From: an uncultured virus (IMG/VR IMGVR_UViG_3300037963_002983) | Taxonomy: Duplodnaviria; Heunggongvirae; Uroviricota; Caudoviricetes | Direction: 5' to 3' (one strand) | Virus record (IMG/VR): IMGVR_UViG_3300037963_002983 | Length of the DNA stretch: 35,316 nt | Part shown: one piece after another, positions 34,069 through 35,316 of the stretch | How positions within the stretch are numbered: position 1 is the stretch's first letter | Layout of the letters: every line of letters begins with the position of its first letter | Made by a program: the position numbers and the translations under genes | Notes under the pieces: generated by a model | Told to the model about the DNA's origin: nothing | The model's input: only the letters and a program-made list of their open reading frames with translations | The model's database searches: none

Positions 34069-35316
34069 TCACCCCTGTAAGACCCAATGAGTTTTGACTG
34101 TGCATGAATTTAATGTTCTTGGCATAACTGTTCCTTCTACTGTAATTGGCCCTTTATCATCGGGTATGGTAAAGTTAGACGCACTCAAGTAATAGTCTTG
34201 GAACTTCATTAGTATTTGTTCCCCGTTTGCTTTATCGAATTGTAAAGTAAGGAGAGTTGTCGAGGTATCTCCAACTTCTGTTTGATTTAACAATTCTTCA
34301 AATAACTTATCATCTGTTACCATAGCAGTAAAAGAAACTTCATATGTTCTTTGTGCCGGTATTGCTTCTTTGATTGATTTATTACCAACACCGATGAATC
34401 TTTTATCTTGTAGATTGTTGTTAATAGTCAATGTTAAGTTTGTGACCTTCAAAAATTGTTGTCCAAAGATGCTAAATAATCCACTTGAAAAGAAAAACGG
34501 TTCTAAAAATTCAGCATCAAAGTCTGTTGTGCTAGTATTATTAGCCTGTTCAAAATTAAATAATTGTCTATTATCTGTTATACCGCCTCTTGCTTCATAA
34601 TTTTCATCTTGGTCTAAACTTTGAACGGCCCTTGTATTTAAATCAAGAGTCATTTTAACTTCTTCATTTTCATTAGCGGTCATTGTAAGAGTATTTACTC
34701 TATTACCTCTAGCAATTCTAACAAAGGTTGTGTCTTCCGAAGCACTAGCAGTATTAGTAGTTAATGTGCTAGACTTAGCCATAGTTTGTTCTAAGGCAAA
34801 GGAAGGTAGTTTTTCTCCATTTGCCTCTTCAAACTTATATGTAATAGGATTTGCTAGATTGGTTGCACTTGAAGTTGTTCTATCTAATAATTCCAAATTA
34901 CTATTCAAATCAAAACCATGAAGTAAAGGAGGAACTAAGGTATTTGTTCCCCTTGCAGTTTTATAGAAAATTGGCCCTTGTTCTAAAAACTCAGAAGAAG
35001 TCACTAAATGGTCGGCCTGTGCATTACCTCCCGATGTATCAAGGTAAACATTTCTTCTATCGTCTTGTGATGTATTTGCACCGTGTCCGGTTAATTTGTT
35101 AGCAGGGCTATTTGCTTCAAAAGTAGCGGTAATTTCTGTGCATTTTCCTAGAGCATAATATAAGAATGCTCCGTGATTAGCCACCAATGCTAAATTACCT
35201 CCACTAGCAGTTTCGATACCTTTGTATTGATGAGTAAAGTTTCTTGAGCCACCCAAAGATAGGTTGAGTTGTTTCATTTCTACTTCAACATTAGGGAAAG
35301 TTCCTGTCTCTAATAG
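34069..35316 (-). CDS. major tail tube protein (5'-partial)
   Basis: The frame stays open to the window edge (LLETGTFPNVEVEM...). Contains LPSFALE, VNTLTMTA, LTLTINNNL, RTYEVSF tube-like strands; upstream of the chaperones and tape measure. Confidence 0.8.
   Translation of the reverse strand, partial: LLETGTFPNVEVEMKQLNLSLGGSRNFTHQYKGIETASGGNLALVANHGAFLYYALGKCTEITATFEANSPANKLTGHGANTSQDDRRNVYLDTSGGNAQADHLVTSSEFLEQGPIFYKTARGTNTLVPPLLHGFDLNSNLELLDRTTSSATNLANPITYKFEEANGEKLPSFALEQTMAKSSTLTTNTASASEDTTFVRIARGNRVNTLTMTANENEEVKMTLDLNTRAVQSLDQDENYEARGGITDNRQLFNFEQANNTSTTDFDAEFLEPFFFSSGLFSIFGQQFLKVTNLTLTINNNLQDKRFIGVGNKSIKEAIPAQRTYEVSFTAMVTDDKLFEELLNQTEVGDTSTTLLTLQFDKANGEQILMKFQDYYLSASNFTIPDDKGPITVEGTVMPRTLNSCTVKTHWVLQG

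Noticed and set aside
18654..35102. Plus-strand ORFs within the tail arm (e.g. 19864-20232, 21148-21540, 28954-29442)
   Set aside because: They are antisense shadows of the structural genes; their hydrophobic bias is explained by reverse-complement codon usage.

Overview
This window is a 35.3-kb, AT-rich, gene-dense fragment of a tailed dsDNA virus (Caudoviricetes) of an archaeon. Gene content best fits a magrovirus-like virus of Marine Group II/Poseidoniales; this is inferred from content, and no search was run. There are two convergent arms. The + arm (1-17522) carries an almost complete archaeal-type replication/repair module: ATP-dependent ligase 3' end, RFC large-like and small subunits, OB-fold SSB, Sak4/RadA-like ATPase, PCNA-like clamp, family-B DNA polymerase, Cas4-like nuclease, fused PriS-PriL primase, XPF/ERCC4 nuclease, truncated MCM-like helicase and DEDD exonuclease. 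Many tiny, translationally coupled Zn-finger, winged-helix and membrane ORFs are interspersed. The - arm (17602-35316) is a siphovirus-like tail module: tail tube, chaperone pair with a -1 slippery site, tape measure, distal-tail/LamG proteins, a 2764-aa hub/adhesin, tail fibres and a SAM-dependent transferase. The arms meet at a hairpin/T-tract terminator. The most notable observations are (1) PolB split just before motif C, with no intein, and eight small ORFs between the halves joined by similar RBS-ATGA junctions; (2) an apparently catalytically dead LAGLIDADG protein inside the replication operon; (3) apparent absence of GATC and AGCT in the regions scanned; (4) two structured intergenic elements, after the SSB gene and after the tail-tube gene. 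All calls are by-eye motif recognition.
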